Below are positions 46,891-58,479 of a DNA stretch of 64,000 nucleotides, in pieces. The DNA lies in contig NW_008246084.1 in NCBI RefSeq assembly GCF_000281045.1, positions 75,538-139,537 of the forward strand, written 5' to 3'. The stretch comes from Saprolegnia diclina VS20. Taxonomy: Eukaryota. A model generated the notes under the pieces. It did no database searches and was not told where the DNA came from. It saw only the letters and a program-made list of their open reading frames with translations. Position 1 is the stretch's first letter, and the number at the start of each line of letters is the position of its first letter. Position numbers and translations under genes: made by a program.

Positions 46891-48513
46891 TCACGCAAGG
46901 TCGAGCATCGCATCGAAGCGATCGTCTGAGAGGGACTGGATCTGTTTGTTCCAGTGGAGCTTGGCGTTGTCGTGCAGCGCCGACGAGACCATGTCGAGCA
47001 ACGTCTTGTCGCGCGACAAGAAGAGGTGCTGCAGCTGCATGTCGTCGCAGAGGCCGCCGGCCTCGCGCGCCACGAGCACATGTGGCGACAAAATGCAGAG
47101 GCGGATGCGGTTGAACGCATCGAAGACCGCCTTGGGAAAATGCTCGAGGTACACATTGGCCGACGCCAGTTGCACGAGCTGCACCGCGAGGAGGCGGAGG
47201 AAGAGCAGCTGCCGCGACGTGCACCGGGCAGGCCACCGCCGCAGCAAGCAGCCCAAGAGAAAGTCGAGGCTGTGGTGCGGCGACGCCTTGGTCAGCGCCG
47301 TCAAGGTCGACACAAGGGCCTTGACGGTGGGGTTGGACCCGAGGTTGGCGCTGCCCGAGAAGGACGAGTCGCCAGGGTACTTGTCGTTGGGCGAGACCGT
47401 CGAGAGCGACCACGATCGGCAAAACATCGACAGCGACCGCTTGGCGCTTTCGTAGACCGCCACGTCATCGTCGCTCGAGGCAAGGCCGTCGTCTTCCATA
47501 TCGTCAAACATGGTTTCCTGGCTTTGCACCGAGAGGTCGTGCTGGAAGCGGACGAGGTGGCCGAGGAGATTGACGATGCCCTCCATCGAGAGGCCTGAGG
47601 GCGACGATGCTTGGAGGTTGTAGAGCTCAATGCCGACAGCTTCGATTGCGTTGAGAATGTCAAAGCGCAGACCCGGCACCGTGTCGTAGATGGCGAGCAG
47701 GATGTCGGTGTGCGCGGCGATCGCACGCGCGTCTTTGATCTTCATGAACTCGTACGTGATGTGCTGGACAAGGCTTGCGTTGATGTACATTTGAACCAGC
47801 TTGGTTGCCGGTGTGAACGGCGCGGGCAGCTCCGTCTCTTCCGTGTGCAGCTGGAGGAGCCGCGCCGAGAGGTGCTGCTGGAAAGCGACAAGGTCCATGG
47901 TTTGACCGGGCTTGCCGGGCGAGCGCGACACGACGAGGTTGCGGTTGAGCTCCGAGAGAACGTCGATGCGCGGGAGGAGCGCAGTCATGAGCTCGAGCAT
48001 GAGCTGCTCCCAGGCCATCTCGCGGAGCATCTGCGACGTCGTGAGCGGCTTGGTCTTGAGCGACTTCTTGTGCAACTTCTTCGACTTGCGGCCGAGCGAG
48101 CCGAACGAGCCGTAGTCGCTGCTCGGGCTCGGCGACATGCTGCATGGCGACCCGCCGAGCTCAAACTCTTGCGGCGTGAGCACCTGGCCCTTGTCGTTGA
48201 AGAGCTTGGCGCACTCAAAAATCGTAATGTTGCGGCGCTTCTCGTCCGGCGACGAGGCCTCGGCAGCGTGTAGCTTGGGCACGTCGACGGCGAAGAAGTC
48301 CTTCTTGAGCACATGCGGTTTGGGCTCGCGTCTCTTCTCCTTAGGCGAGATGGTCGCGAACGAGTGCGCCGTGAGCGGGTGTGTCGGGACGTTCATCGCG
48401 CTCTTCTTCTTGGCGACGGCCTTCATGCGCAGCTTGCGCATGTTCTTCTGCATGAGGAAGTCCAGGTCCGCTTCCGCGTCCATGGAGCGGGCTTCGTCAG
48501 TGCGAGGGGTCAT
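46891..48513 (-). CDS. Divergent PP2A regulatory subunit B56-like (HEAT-repeat) protein
   Basis: LLRRWPARCTSRQLLFL..IRLCILSPHVLVAREA..LHWNKQI parallels the B56 C-terminal pattern LLKYWP..KEV.FL..C..S.HFQVAERA..HWN. Confidence 0.65.
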   Translation of the reverse strand: MTPRTDEARSMDAEADLDFLMQKNMRKLRMKAVAKKKSAMNVPTHPLTAHSFATISPKEKRREPKPHVLKKDFFAVDVPKLHAAEASSPDEKRRNITIFECAKLFNDKGQVLTPQEFELGGSPCSMSPSPSSDYGSFGSLGRKSKKLHKKSLKTKPLTTSQMLREMAWEQLMLELMTALLPRIDVLSELNRNLVVSRSPGKPGQTMDLVAFQQHLSARLLQLHTEETELPAPFTPATKLVQMYINASLVQHITYEFMKIKDARAIAAHTDILLAIYDTVPGLRFDILNAIEAVGIELYNLQASSPSGLSMEGIVNLLGHLVRFQHDLSVQSQETMFDDMEDDGLASSDDDVAVYESAKRSLSMFCRSWSLSTVSPNDKYPGDSSFSGSANLGSNPTVKALVSTLTALTKASPHHSLDFLLGCLLRRWPARCTSRQLLFLRLLAVQLVQLASANVYLEHFPKAVFDAFNRIRLCILSPHVLVAREAGGLCDDMQLQHLFLSRDKTLLDMVSSALHDNAKLHWNKQIQSLSDDRFDAMLDLA

Positions 48514-49893
48514 CGAGGTCGGATGTCGATGCAGGAAGAGATGCTGGGATCTTCGCTGGCAGGCGTGGTGAAAATGAAAAATGAAAATTTGCGCAAAAAA
48601 CCGTGCCGCAACTCTCTTGGAGTTTGTATACCACACGCTGCATGGCCAGTTTCACATCGTATTTTTTTAAACGCAACAAAAACCCTCCAGGATTCGAAGC
48701 CCACAACATGGCACTGGATTCCACCAATGAAACGCCGTCGTTAGGATTTCGCGGTGTGGGATTGGTCACAATCCGAAGTCACAAGAATCTTCTTCCTCGG
48801 CGAACCGGAGCGTCGTCGCCTCTCTCAGTATGCATTACCTCTCATTATCCATCTTTAGAAAATAGTATTTGCCCCCCAAATGCCTCTTTCAACCGATATA
48901 CTGCGAAATTGAATATTGAAACCAGATTCGTCATCCAGGTTGCGCATGGATTATTAAGTGTGCCCGAGATGCGACACCAGACTTCAAATTAATTTCCATG
49001 GCGTCATATGGTGATACTGAAACCAAGTTTATCGACGCCGAGACGAATAAAAAACTTGAGGCGCGCATCCCGGCGAATTAAAATTGTTGACCAATACCGC
49101 GGCGCACGACCCGGGATGACGCAACACACTTTTTGTATTATTATAATATTTTTGAATTTAAATAATTTGGTTTTGAGCAGAAAAAAGCGACGCTGTCGTG
49201 CTGCCAAGTCATTTGAGCTAAAAATAGAAAGCGTCTTAGAGTTTGTATGCCGACCGGGACATGTGGGTGCCTTCAACTTGAATCTGGGATATTCAAACAG
49301 CTTGCGCCGCGGACCCACCTCTTGATATTTGTATGTGGCCCAACATTCGAACCTGAATCTTGCTTCGGAGAAAGATCGCGCATGGCCATCGACGAACTGC
49401 AATGTGAAAAGGTCGAACTGCAACGGCTTCCGACGCCCCGAGCGCCCCAAAGTGCCAACACGGCGGCTTTTGTGGCATGAAAATGTTGCTGTGGCTACTC
49501 GCTTCCATGCCAGCAGCCCCAGCGATCATCCCTTCGAACCAGGTCTTTCTTTTCTCTCGATAAGATCTTGGCGTAGTGTCTATCATTCTATGCGGATGCG
49601 TCCACGAGTCCACCGCGGACGTCCCAAGCGCGAATGCGTTTCCTTGTGACGTGCGCACAGAGGCGAGGCGTCGCGACTCGAAGGTAATGCTTTGACCGAC
49701 AGCATTTTTCTGCTGCGAAGAAGTACAGTCTTTGCCGACACTCTGCAGACACGTCGATCTCGCGCGCCCAGCTTCCGCCTCTTTCCAGTGCTATCGAACG
49801 TTAGGGTTGAGGTATGCGAGCTTCTAGATTTGAGGTGAAATCGTTGGTAAATAACGCACTGTGTATTACTAAAGATATACACACGACAGTGTA

Positions 49894-50475
49894 CTAGACG
49901 AGCAAGATCGACTGCAACAACTGCACGTCGTCGTCCGTCCACGCATCGTTGGGTGGCGTCTCGGTCGGCGCGCTGGCAAACACGTCGCGTCGAACGATGT
50001 GCGCTGGAGCCGGCAATTTACTGCTCGGTGCCACCGCGTCTGCCCACTCGAAGGACTTGGTCACAATCTTGTTGCCGCGCAAGAGCCCGGACATCTCGCT
50101 AAGCACAGGAGAGATGTTGCTATCATCGCTAGGCTTGGTGCAGAGAGGACTGCTAAAGGCGAGTGGGTACGACGGCAACACTGGCGCCGTCGAGAGAGCC
50201 ATGGGCACGAGACTCAGCGGGTTGAGCACATGCAGCGTCGGGTTGAGCAACTGCTGCGCAATCGCGACCTGCTTCTTTAGCAGCGCTTTTCGCTCGGACC
50301 GCTCCTTCCGTCGAACAGCGTGCACCGACTGGTACTTGCGGTCGCTCCGGCGCTGGATCGTGTTCTGCTTGAGCCGGTGCTCTTCGCAGAGCGAGTGAAC
50401 TTCGCCATTGCGCTTCCGCGTCCGCTCCTTGAAGCACTTGCCCGTCTTGTATTGACACTTGAGGTCTGCGCTCAT
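49894..50475 (-). CDS. Hypothetical protein with an N-terminal Cys/His putative Zn-binding basic motif
   Basis: CQYKTGKCFKERTRKRNGEVHSLCEEHRLKQN..QRR, a motif I recognise from oomycete hypothetical proteins; 193-aa ORF. Confidence 0.75.
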   Translation of the reverse strand: MSADLKCQYKTGKCFKERTRKRNGEVHSLCEEHRLKQNTIQRRSDRKYQSVHAVRRKERSERKALLKKQVAIAQQLLNPTLHVLNPLSLVPMALSTAPVLPSYPLAFSSPLCTKPSDDSNISPVLSEMSGLLRGNKIVTKSFEWADAVAPSSKLPAPAHIVRRDVFASAPTETPPNDAWTDDDVQLLQSILLV

Positions 50476-51223
50476 TTCCCGCCAAATTTGTGAATAGTCG
50501 GTCGCCGAGTTGGCCGGTGCGACCCGCCATCTTGCCCTTTTGTCATCAACGGGCTATTTATAGCTCGCTCCGATCTATTTGTTGAGTTTGAGTTTGGTAT
50601 TGACATAACCAGCGCGATGTAGGACGCCTTCTCGTAGCAGCGCCCCAAGCTGCAAAGCGGTCAACGCTGTGGCAAGATGGCCGCATCCGACGAGCACAAA
50701 GATATCTCGCCGACCGCATGTCCCAATGCACGCTCACTGCGTTTCGCATGCTATTACTCGCGCTGCTTGAGTTTTGAGTTTCAACTAGCCAGTCAACGCA
50801 CTTGGTATTTGTATCATAAGATCTGAGCTGATAACCTGACGCACTCAACTCAACCGCCCAAGAAATCCAGCACACGACGCTCAACTCAATCCGACAATCT
50901 TATGTGCTACCGTCTACTGCGTACTGCACACAACAGCGCGTGCGAACAAACACCGAGTCCTTCGCTTGTCCAATGCATTTGCATTATAGGTTGCCGTGCA
51001 TTCTCGGTACTATGTACAGCAGCGGTCGAGCCCGTGGGGCCTCTACATGCGAGGTTTTGAGTTTGAACGAAGTGGATCCACGTCAAAAGTGGGCGCAGTT
51101 GAGTTTTGTGCGAATCTCGCGCTCTCATTGGTCCAGGTGTCGTTGTTGGATCTCAACTGTCCGGATAGTGTATCCGGGTACGGAAGGCAGCTTTTTGCCC
51201 CATATTTCGAAGACGACGAGAGG

Positions 51224-53710
51224 ATGGACAAGAACGTGCTCGCCCGCGCGACGGAGGACGCGGACGCGCCGACGCCGGGGTACCTCTACGGGGAGATCGC
51301 GCGCATGACGAACCACTCGTATGAGACCTGCATGAAGGTGCAGGAGTACCTCATCGGCCGCCTCAAGAAGAAGCAGCCCAACATCAAGTACAAAGCGCTC
51401 CAGGTCATCAAGCAAGTGTGTCGAGAAGGCCGCGGCGAGTTCCGCCGGGACATGCAGAAGCACGTGCCCCTCGTCAAAGAGGCCCTGCGTACGCTCGCGC
51501 ACGCTACATTGCAGCGGCTAACCTAACGTCATGGATGATGTAGAGTTTCGCGGGCCGCCGGATCCGTTGAAGGGCGACGAGTACTACCGCCGTGTGCGCG
51601 AGGCCGCGAAAGAGTGCCTCGAAGCCATCTTTGACACGAACACGGCGCCGATGGCGGCGGCGGGCATCCAAGGTCGCATCAAGGGCGTCGGCAACCCGGA
51701 CGCAATGCAGCCGCAGCCCTCAGGCGGCTGGTCCAACAAGCTCTCGTGGGGCAGCAAGGAGCAGGCGCCGACGCAAAACTTTAGCAACGGCAACTTCAAC
51801 AATGGTCCGGGTCAATACGGCGGCCAAGGCGGCTACGGTGGTCCCGGCGGGTATGGTGGCCCGAATGGCTACAACGGGCCGACGCCGCCTGGCCAGGGCG
51901 GCTACGAAGGACCGGCGTACCCTGGTGGCGGCTCCAGCGGCTACAACGGCCCGCCGTACCCGGGCGCGGAGGCGCCGCAGCAAGGCTACGGTGGTCCCGC
52001 TTACCCTCCGAACGGTGCACCCCCGGCGCCATTTGGTGGCCCGCAGCTCACGGGCATGGGCAACCCGCTCTTTGAGGACAAGAAAGGTATGTACAACCTT
52101 ATTGCAGTCTTATTTGACTCATACTACCTTAGCAGACAAGGGTTTCCTCGAAAACTTGAAGGACAAGGCGTCCAAGTTCCGCACGAACGAGCCCCAGGTC
52201 ACGTTTGCGGGCGGCCCGCCGGGCTCGCAGAATCCGCCCGACGGCTGGAGCTTTGCCACGAACCGCGGCCCGACGAGCGGCGCGTACAACCCCAACGCCA
52301 ACTCGACGTACAACCCGTCCGAGCCGTACCGACCCACCACGTACGGCGGTCCCACGGGCTACAACGCGCCCGGTGGCTCTGGCTACGGCGGCAGCAGCGG
52401 CTACGGAGGCCCGCATGACGATCGGTCGTCGGCCGCCAAGGACCTCAAGCAGCGTGCCTACGGTATTCGATCCCGACGGCTCTACAACCTATATATCATA
52501 TCCGATGCTACTAGATGGCGACCGCAAGAAGGGCCGTGTCGGCGGTGTGTGGGATGCGGTGCCGGCGGCCGCCCCTGCGCCCGTGCCCGTGCGCCAGCCG
52601 TCGCAGTCGCCCGGCGACAAGTACCGCAACGAAGGTCGGTACTCGACGCCCGACTGGAACAACACGGGCGCGACGCAGCCGCCCAACTCGTACGGCTACC
52701 GCCGCCCGTCGGACCCGCAGCCGGTCGTGGGCCAGACGTCCGGCGCGGCCTCGGACGGCTCGTACGAGCGCAATGTGATCCAAGCGCTCTGCCCACCGGG
52801 CGGGATGCGCGCCGTGCCGCCCAAAGACAAGCTCGACGCGTTTCTCAAGAGCGCATTGACGCTGGACGCGGAGGTTGTCGGCCCGATCCTCGACGAGTGC
52901 CTCGAGAACGACGCGTGGCAGGTGGTGTCCAAAGCCCTCACGGTCATTGACGGCCTCCTCAACACGAGCGGCTGCGAAACCTTCCACGAGTACTTTGCCG
53001 ACAACTATGACGCGCTCCAGCAAGCGACCAACTCGGAGAAGGCGGCTGTCCGCGACCGTGCGGTCAAGATTCTCCACACGCTCGGCCACGCGACGTCGGC
53101 GGCGCCATCCGAGCCCAAGCAGCGATCGGCGTCCCGCGCGCACCGGGGCTCGACGGCCGCGAGCACCGATCTTCTCGGCGGGTTTGAAGACGCGGCCCCT
53201 ACGACGCCGGCGCCGGCCGTGTCGCTCTTTGAAGGTCTTCAGCCCGCGACGGCAGCGGCGCCGACGCCGGTGCAGGCGACGACCGACATGTTTGGTGGGC
53301 TGACCCTCGGCGGCGGCGAGGCCAAGCCGACGTCCTCGAACCCCGTCGCATCCTTTGACCCACTGCTTCAAATGCCACCGCAACAGCAAATGCCGCCGCA
53401 GCAGCAAATGCCGCCGCAGCAGCAGATGCACCCTCAGATGCTCCTCCAGCAGCAGCAGCAAATGCAATACATGCAGCAAATGCAGCAGATGCAGCAAATG
53501 CAGCAAATGCAGTACATGCAGTCGCAAGCGCCCATGATGCCCCGGGGCGCGATGCAGCAAGGCCCGGTCATGGGCGCGGCGATGATCCCGACCAACTACA
53601 TTGCCAAGACGATCCAGGACCCGAACGAAGACGCGTCCAAGGCGTCGTCCGGCTTCAACTTTATGTCGAAGGACTCGTTCAGTTTTGTGCAAGATCACAT
53701 GAAGGGCTAA
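51224..53710 (+). CDS. TEPSIN: Tepsin (AP-4 accessory ENTH/VHS protein), multi-exon
   Basis: ENTH-like LARATED..PTPGYLYGEIA..FRGPPDPLKGD; second tVHS domain ERNVIQALCPPGGMRAVP; LFEGL/MFGGL and SGFNFM/SFSFV motifs resembling AP-4 ear-binding motifs. Confidence 0.82.
53369..53522 (+). repeat. Coding minisatellite (QMPPQQ)x3 plus (QQM)n in the tepsin tail
   Basis: 18-nt CAAATGCCGCCGCAGCAG units and 9-nt CAGCAAATG units. Confidence 0.85.
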
Positions 53711-54347
53711 GACATAGGACTAGAGTGCACTAGGACGTAGACGGTTTTGAGCAGCTAGCCACAATATACACACACATCATGCTTCCTCCTCGTCTTCTTC
53801 GTCATGTCACTCTCATGACCGTCTTCAACGATGTCGATGGGCGAGTTGACTGCTGGTACGAAGGGCTGGCATCCTTGCAGATGAGCAACGTGCGACCATA
53901 CGACACGCACGACCGCAGACAGGCCACGCCATGCCTTGGTACTTCTGTCGCGCGTGGCCGCTTCGGGTCGGCGACCTCGCTCGCCTCTTGGCGCGTTGAG
54001 ATAGTATGAAGCCAGCAAAGCTTCTCCGACACAGTTCTCGCCGGCGGTAGCTTGTTGATTGGCGGTGCATTTGGCACCACAAGAAGGTGCGAGTTCTCCG
54101 TTGCCGTCGGCGTATCCTTGCCCTTCGTCACTGGCCGTGCGCCTGGCGACCGACCTGGCGTCAGCTCTGGAGCTCGCGATGCCAGCGACACGCCACGTAC
54201 TTGTTGCAGCCATGATCGGGTTGCAGTTGAAGTGTCAAGCACATGCCATTGGTGCAAAAGATCTCGATTTCATCCAATGAAATGCTGGGTGGACCAATCC
54301 GCAACGGATTGCGTCACAACCCAATTTTTGACGCCAGCCAGAGACTA

Positions 54348-56144
54348 ATGGCCGGCGACTCGACGTACGTGGGCACGTACTCGCCCGTGACGGGCTTCAT
54401 CTTCCTCTTCAACCTCATCGTCGGCGCCGGCGCCTTGACCATCCCGCACGCCTTCGCGCAGGTCGGCCTCTTCTACGGCCTCGGCGCGCTCTGCCTCCTC
54501 GGGCTCGTGAGCTACGTCTCGGCCACGTTTGTGATCGAGGCCATCGCCGGTGTCAACGCGCTGCGCCGCCTTAGCAACCCGCCGGTATTGACCAAGCAGG
54601 GCTCACTGACCATGATATTGAGTGGCGCGTCGCAGGCGGTCGATGAAGCCTCCGAGGCCGTCCCGTTCCTGACACACATCGAGGTAAGCACCGAGCGATT
54701 CTCGCCAGCTTCATGGACACACTATCCTAGGAAGAAGAAGGCTACGTCGCGGGCTTGCGCTTTGACATTTCGGAAAAGGTACCATCGCCGTGCTTGCGTA
54801 GCGTAAGGCGTCATGCGCCGAGTAGATCGAGATCGCCGCCATAGCCCAAGAGCTCTTCTCGCGCAAGGGTCTCGCCGCGTTCTACGCGTGCGTCGCGGCC
54901 TACCTGTACGGCGACTTGGCCATCTACGCCGTCGGTACGCCCTTCGTCCATGTCATCCCTCTCTCACATGATATGTAGCGATCCCAAAGAGCTTGCGCGA
55001 GATCATTTGCCCGCGCCCGTCCGCCAACGCCGCCGTGTGGGAGTGCCCGAACGTCGCAATGAACAGCGCGCAGCTCTACCGCATCCTCGTGGTTGTCTTT
55101 GGGCTCGCGCTCGGCTCATTTGCCTTTGGCCACATGCAGAAGACGCAGTGCATCCAGCTCATCACAACCATCATGCGCCACGCGTCGTTCGCGCTCATGA
55201 TCATCCTCGCGTTCGTGGGCATTGGCCGCGGCGAAGGCCGGCCGGTCGCCGACGTCGTCGCGCACGAAGACATCACGTCGCTGCCCAATTTCTTTGGCGT
55301 GTGCATCTACTCGTTCATGTGCCACCACAGCATCCCGGGCATCATCGCGCCCATCAGCAAGAAGCGGTCAGTCGGCCTCGTGCTCTTGTACGCCTTCATC
55401 GTACGCCTCTCCTTCCCATCACCAAGCAGAACCGCATGCGGATATAGGCGGTGATGGTCGTCTACGTCGTCCTCTCGATCTCGGCCACGTTTCGCTTTCA
55501 ACCTTCCGACATCCAGGTTCCTCTGCGTACTGCACATGCTGTGAGGCTCATCGTGGCAAAATGGGCTAGGACGTGTACACGCTCAACTTCAACGACTACC
55601 CCGTCCGCTTCATTGCGTACTTTCTGAGCTTGTTCCCAGTCTTTACTCTCAGGTACGACACAATGTCGACGTCGGGATGCCAATATGTCGGTAGCACGTC
55701 GTTCCCGATCATTTGCATCACGCTGCGGGAGAACCTCCACACGCTCTTCAAGGGCGCGCCCAACTCGCCGGCCAGCAACCGCCACTGCAGCCCGACCACC
55801 ATCTTTGCGATCGCGGCTGTCGTGCCGCCGCTGCTCGTGGCGCTGTGCACCGAAGACGTGGGCATGCTGGTGGGCATCACTGGCGCGTACGCGGGTCTTG
55901 GCATCCAGGTACGCGTGCGTCGAGGGAGCTTTCCGGGTTGATGGACACGTAGTGGGTGATCCCGGCAGCGTTTGTCTACTGCTTGCGCCAGCGCCTTGTC
56001 GTGCTCCAGACGCAGCTCAAGCTCTCGAGCCTCCCAAAGAACCCGTACGCGAGTCCGTTTGGGAAGATGATTTGGCTCTATTTAACGTTTGCGCTCTCGG
56101 CGGCGTCGCTCGTCGTCATCACGTACACGCGCCTCTTCAAGTAA
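54348..56144 (+). CDS. TMEM104: TMEM104-like amino-acid transporter family membrane protein, multi-exon
   Basis: YSPVTGFIFLFNLIVGAGALTIP.AF, YLYGDLAIYA, FGVCIYSFMCHHSIP, FPIICITLRENL, LVGITGAYAG. Confidence 0.85.
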
Positions 56145-56233
56145 TGCCACACTGCACCGATCGAATACTGCATCACTTGATATGTTGATACTTTCAGAAA
56201 ATACGACGATTCGTGTAGTAATGACATGAGAGC

Positions 56234-56770
56234 TCAGTACGCTTTGGCAGGAGCCTTAGGTGGTGCTCTTGTCGGAGGCAGCGTCATCAGACACGGCCAA
56301 AGAAGGTGCAGCATGCTGCTACCGACAAGGAAGAGACCAAAGAGCCCGACCCAAAACGCCGCATCGCCATGGAGCCACATGCCGCCCAAGAGAATGGCGA
56401 TCGCCCAGTAGGCAAGGCTTCGATCTTCGTCATGCGCCGACTCGCAGCCCGCGTACACGCGGTGTCGGGTGGTGGGCAGTGTCAAGGGCAGAGCGCGCGC
56501 CGGCTCGGCGAAGACGAGACGGCTCTGCACCTCACAGTCGACGCACGCGCGCACGCGGTGGGTGTCGTGAAAGCGTACGAAGCGACAGCAATGCATGCAA
56601 ATGACTTCGCCGCAGAGGCGGCAGTGGTGCTTGCGCGTAAAGAAAGAGAACGACTGGCGGCACACGGCGCAGTGCGTCCGGTGCTCGTCCGGCACCCACT
56701 CATCGAGGTGGCAGAGGTACGCGACGCCGACGCGGCCGGAATGGTGCAGCTGGAAGCTTAGCACGGGCAT
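56234..56770 (-). CDS. FYVE zinc-finger protein with C-terminal transmembrane segments
   Basis: WVPD..CAVC..F..RKHHCRLCGEVICMHC..RACVDC followed by a hydrophobic hairpin. Confidence 0.85.
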   Translation of the reverse strand: MPVLSFQLHHSGRVGVAYLCHLDEWVPDEHRTHCAVCRQSFSFFTRKHHCRLCGEVICMHCCRFVRFHDTHRVRACVDCEVQSRLVFAEPARALPLTLPTTRHRVYAGCESAHDEDRSLAYWAIAILLGGMWLHGDAAFWVGLFGLFLVGSSMLHLLWPCLMTLPPTRAPPKAPAKAY

Positions 56771-56849
56771 GACCGATGTGATTGTGCTTGCATCACCGCA
56801 CGACTGCCGTTGCATCTACTGGACGGCCAAGCCGTTGCCGTTGGCCGGT

Positions 56850-57550
56850 GGCGAGACCGCAGGGCTAGGGTTATCCGGCGAGGACTGGGGCTTGCCGTGC
56901 AGATCGATCCTCCCTGTGCAGCGCAAGACGCTCCGTCGACCCAAAGACTTCTTGTTGAATGAGGTAAGCTTACACCGGCAGTGTGGATACCAAACTTTGT
57001 GGTGGTCGCCACCAGATTGTCGCCGCTGGCAGGAGACGCATGGCGTGGCTTGCCGCTTGCGAAGCTGTCGTTGAGATGACACTTGGCCCCTCGGACGCGT
57101 CAAGTAGAGTGTCGACTGTCATGTGTCAACATAGCACAAGGTCGACACGGTCTGGTCGACGCTACGCACTATTCGCATCAGCTCGCCAACACAATCTCGA
57201 TACGCCATCTGGAGTAGACCAACTAGTAGCCCACTGATTGGTTGACAGGACATTAGCATTCCGGACAGCAGCAGTGCGTTATGCGTCCGATCATGCGCGC
57301 GCTCTACGTCAAGCACAACAAGGCGGCCCAGGAGGCGCGGCATCGCGAGGAGGCGCGCCGTCGTGCCGTCAACAGCATTCGTCTCAAGCGCCTTCTCCGG
57401 CGCTTGGTGCGCGACCACCACGTTGCCCGCGCCAACGCGTTGCCGCTCTTTGATGACGGCGACGCGTGGTATGACTTTTCGCCGCTCGTTTGTCTCTCTC
57501 GCCGCGTGCCGGACGCTCTGAGTGACGCGTTGCAATCGATGCCTCGCTAA
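56850..57550 (+). CDS. Possible small spliced hypothetical gene (5' end uncertain)
   Basis: Coding-like ORF at 57281..57550; GAG|GTAAGC donor at ~56963 and candidate acceptors. Confidence 0.35.
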
Positions 57551-58479
57551 AGCCGGCTCCTGAGTCATCGCCACCGCGCTCTGTGCAGCCAGTGACGCCC
57601 TTTTGACGCCTGTCCGTCGACGATCAAAATGTTGCTGCCTTTTCCAGCGCCGCCATTGAAACCTTGATATTAACATACGATCCCATTTGCACGCGTATAT
57701 ATAAAGCTGCTTGGTCATAGAACTCGCCTGGAGGCTCTTATACCATTGATCGTCGCATTGAAGGACGCTACAGGGCTGACAATGCAGCGCCACTTGGCCG
57801 CATCGCTTTCAGGACATCGTGTGATTGGTTGTTTTTGCTTCTATTTTGGACCAATCCGACGCGATATTGCCGTGGTCACCGCCACTTCGGACAACGCGAG
57901 CGGCCCAATCGAGTCGGAAAACAAAATCGCTCAAACGCTGTCCAGTGATAGATAACACTTGGGAGAGTCTAAAATGCTACGTTGCGTTGACGTGCGAGCT
58001 CTACAACGAGAGATATGCGGCCTGTCGTTTTCATTTGTGGCATATGCCAGAATAAGCCACATTTACCATTTTTAACATCCTCCGCGATCCCTCCGCGGGA
58101 TGGAGCCAGGATGGAGCTGCGTTTCGAGAAGCTGTCCTCTGTCGTTCACCCTTCTCACGCACTCGCGTGCTTTTGCGGCCCCTCTTTGGCCCAAGCGACC
58201 ATGCACAAGCCAAGTCGACATCCAATGGTCGACAACGCGCTGAAGAATCATGAAAAATCTTGTCAAATCGTCAGCCTTCCGCCCAACGGGTGCGATACTA
58301 GGTAGCGCACGACTGCCTTGAATATATTGTACATCATAAAGCGTCTTCGTACGAGTGAGTAGTCTTAGCTCGTCAAGCCAACGGCGGGTGGACGCCTTTC
58401 TACCGTAAAGTTGCGTGCGTCTATCCGATCCGCTCACCCACATCAGCGCATCTGATCCCCACTTTGCCGATTGACGATT

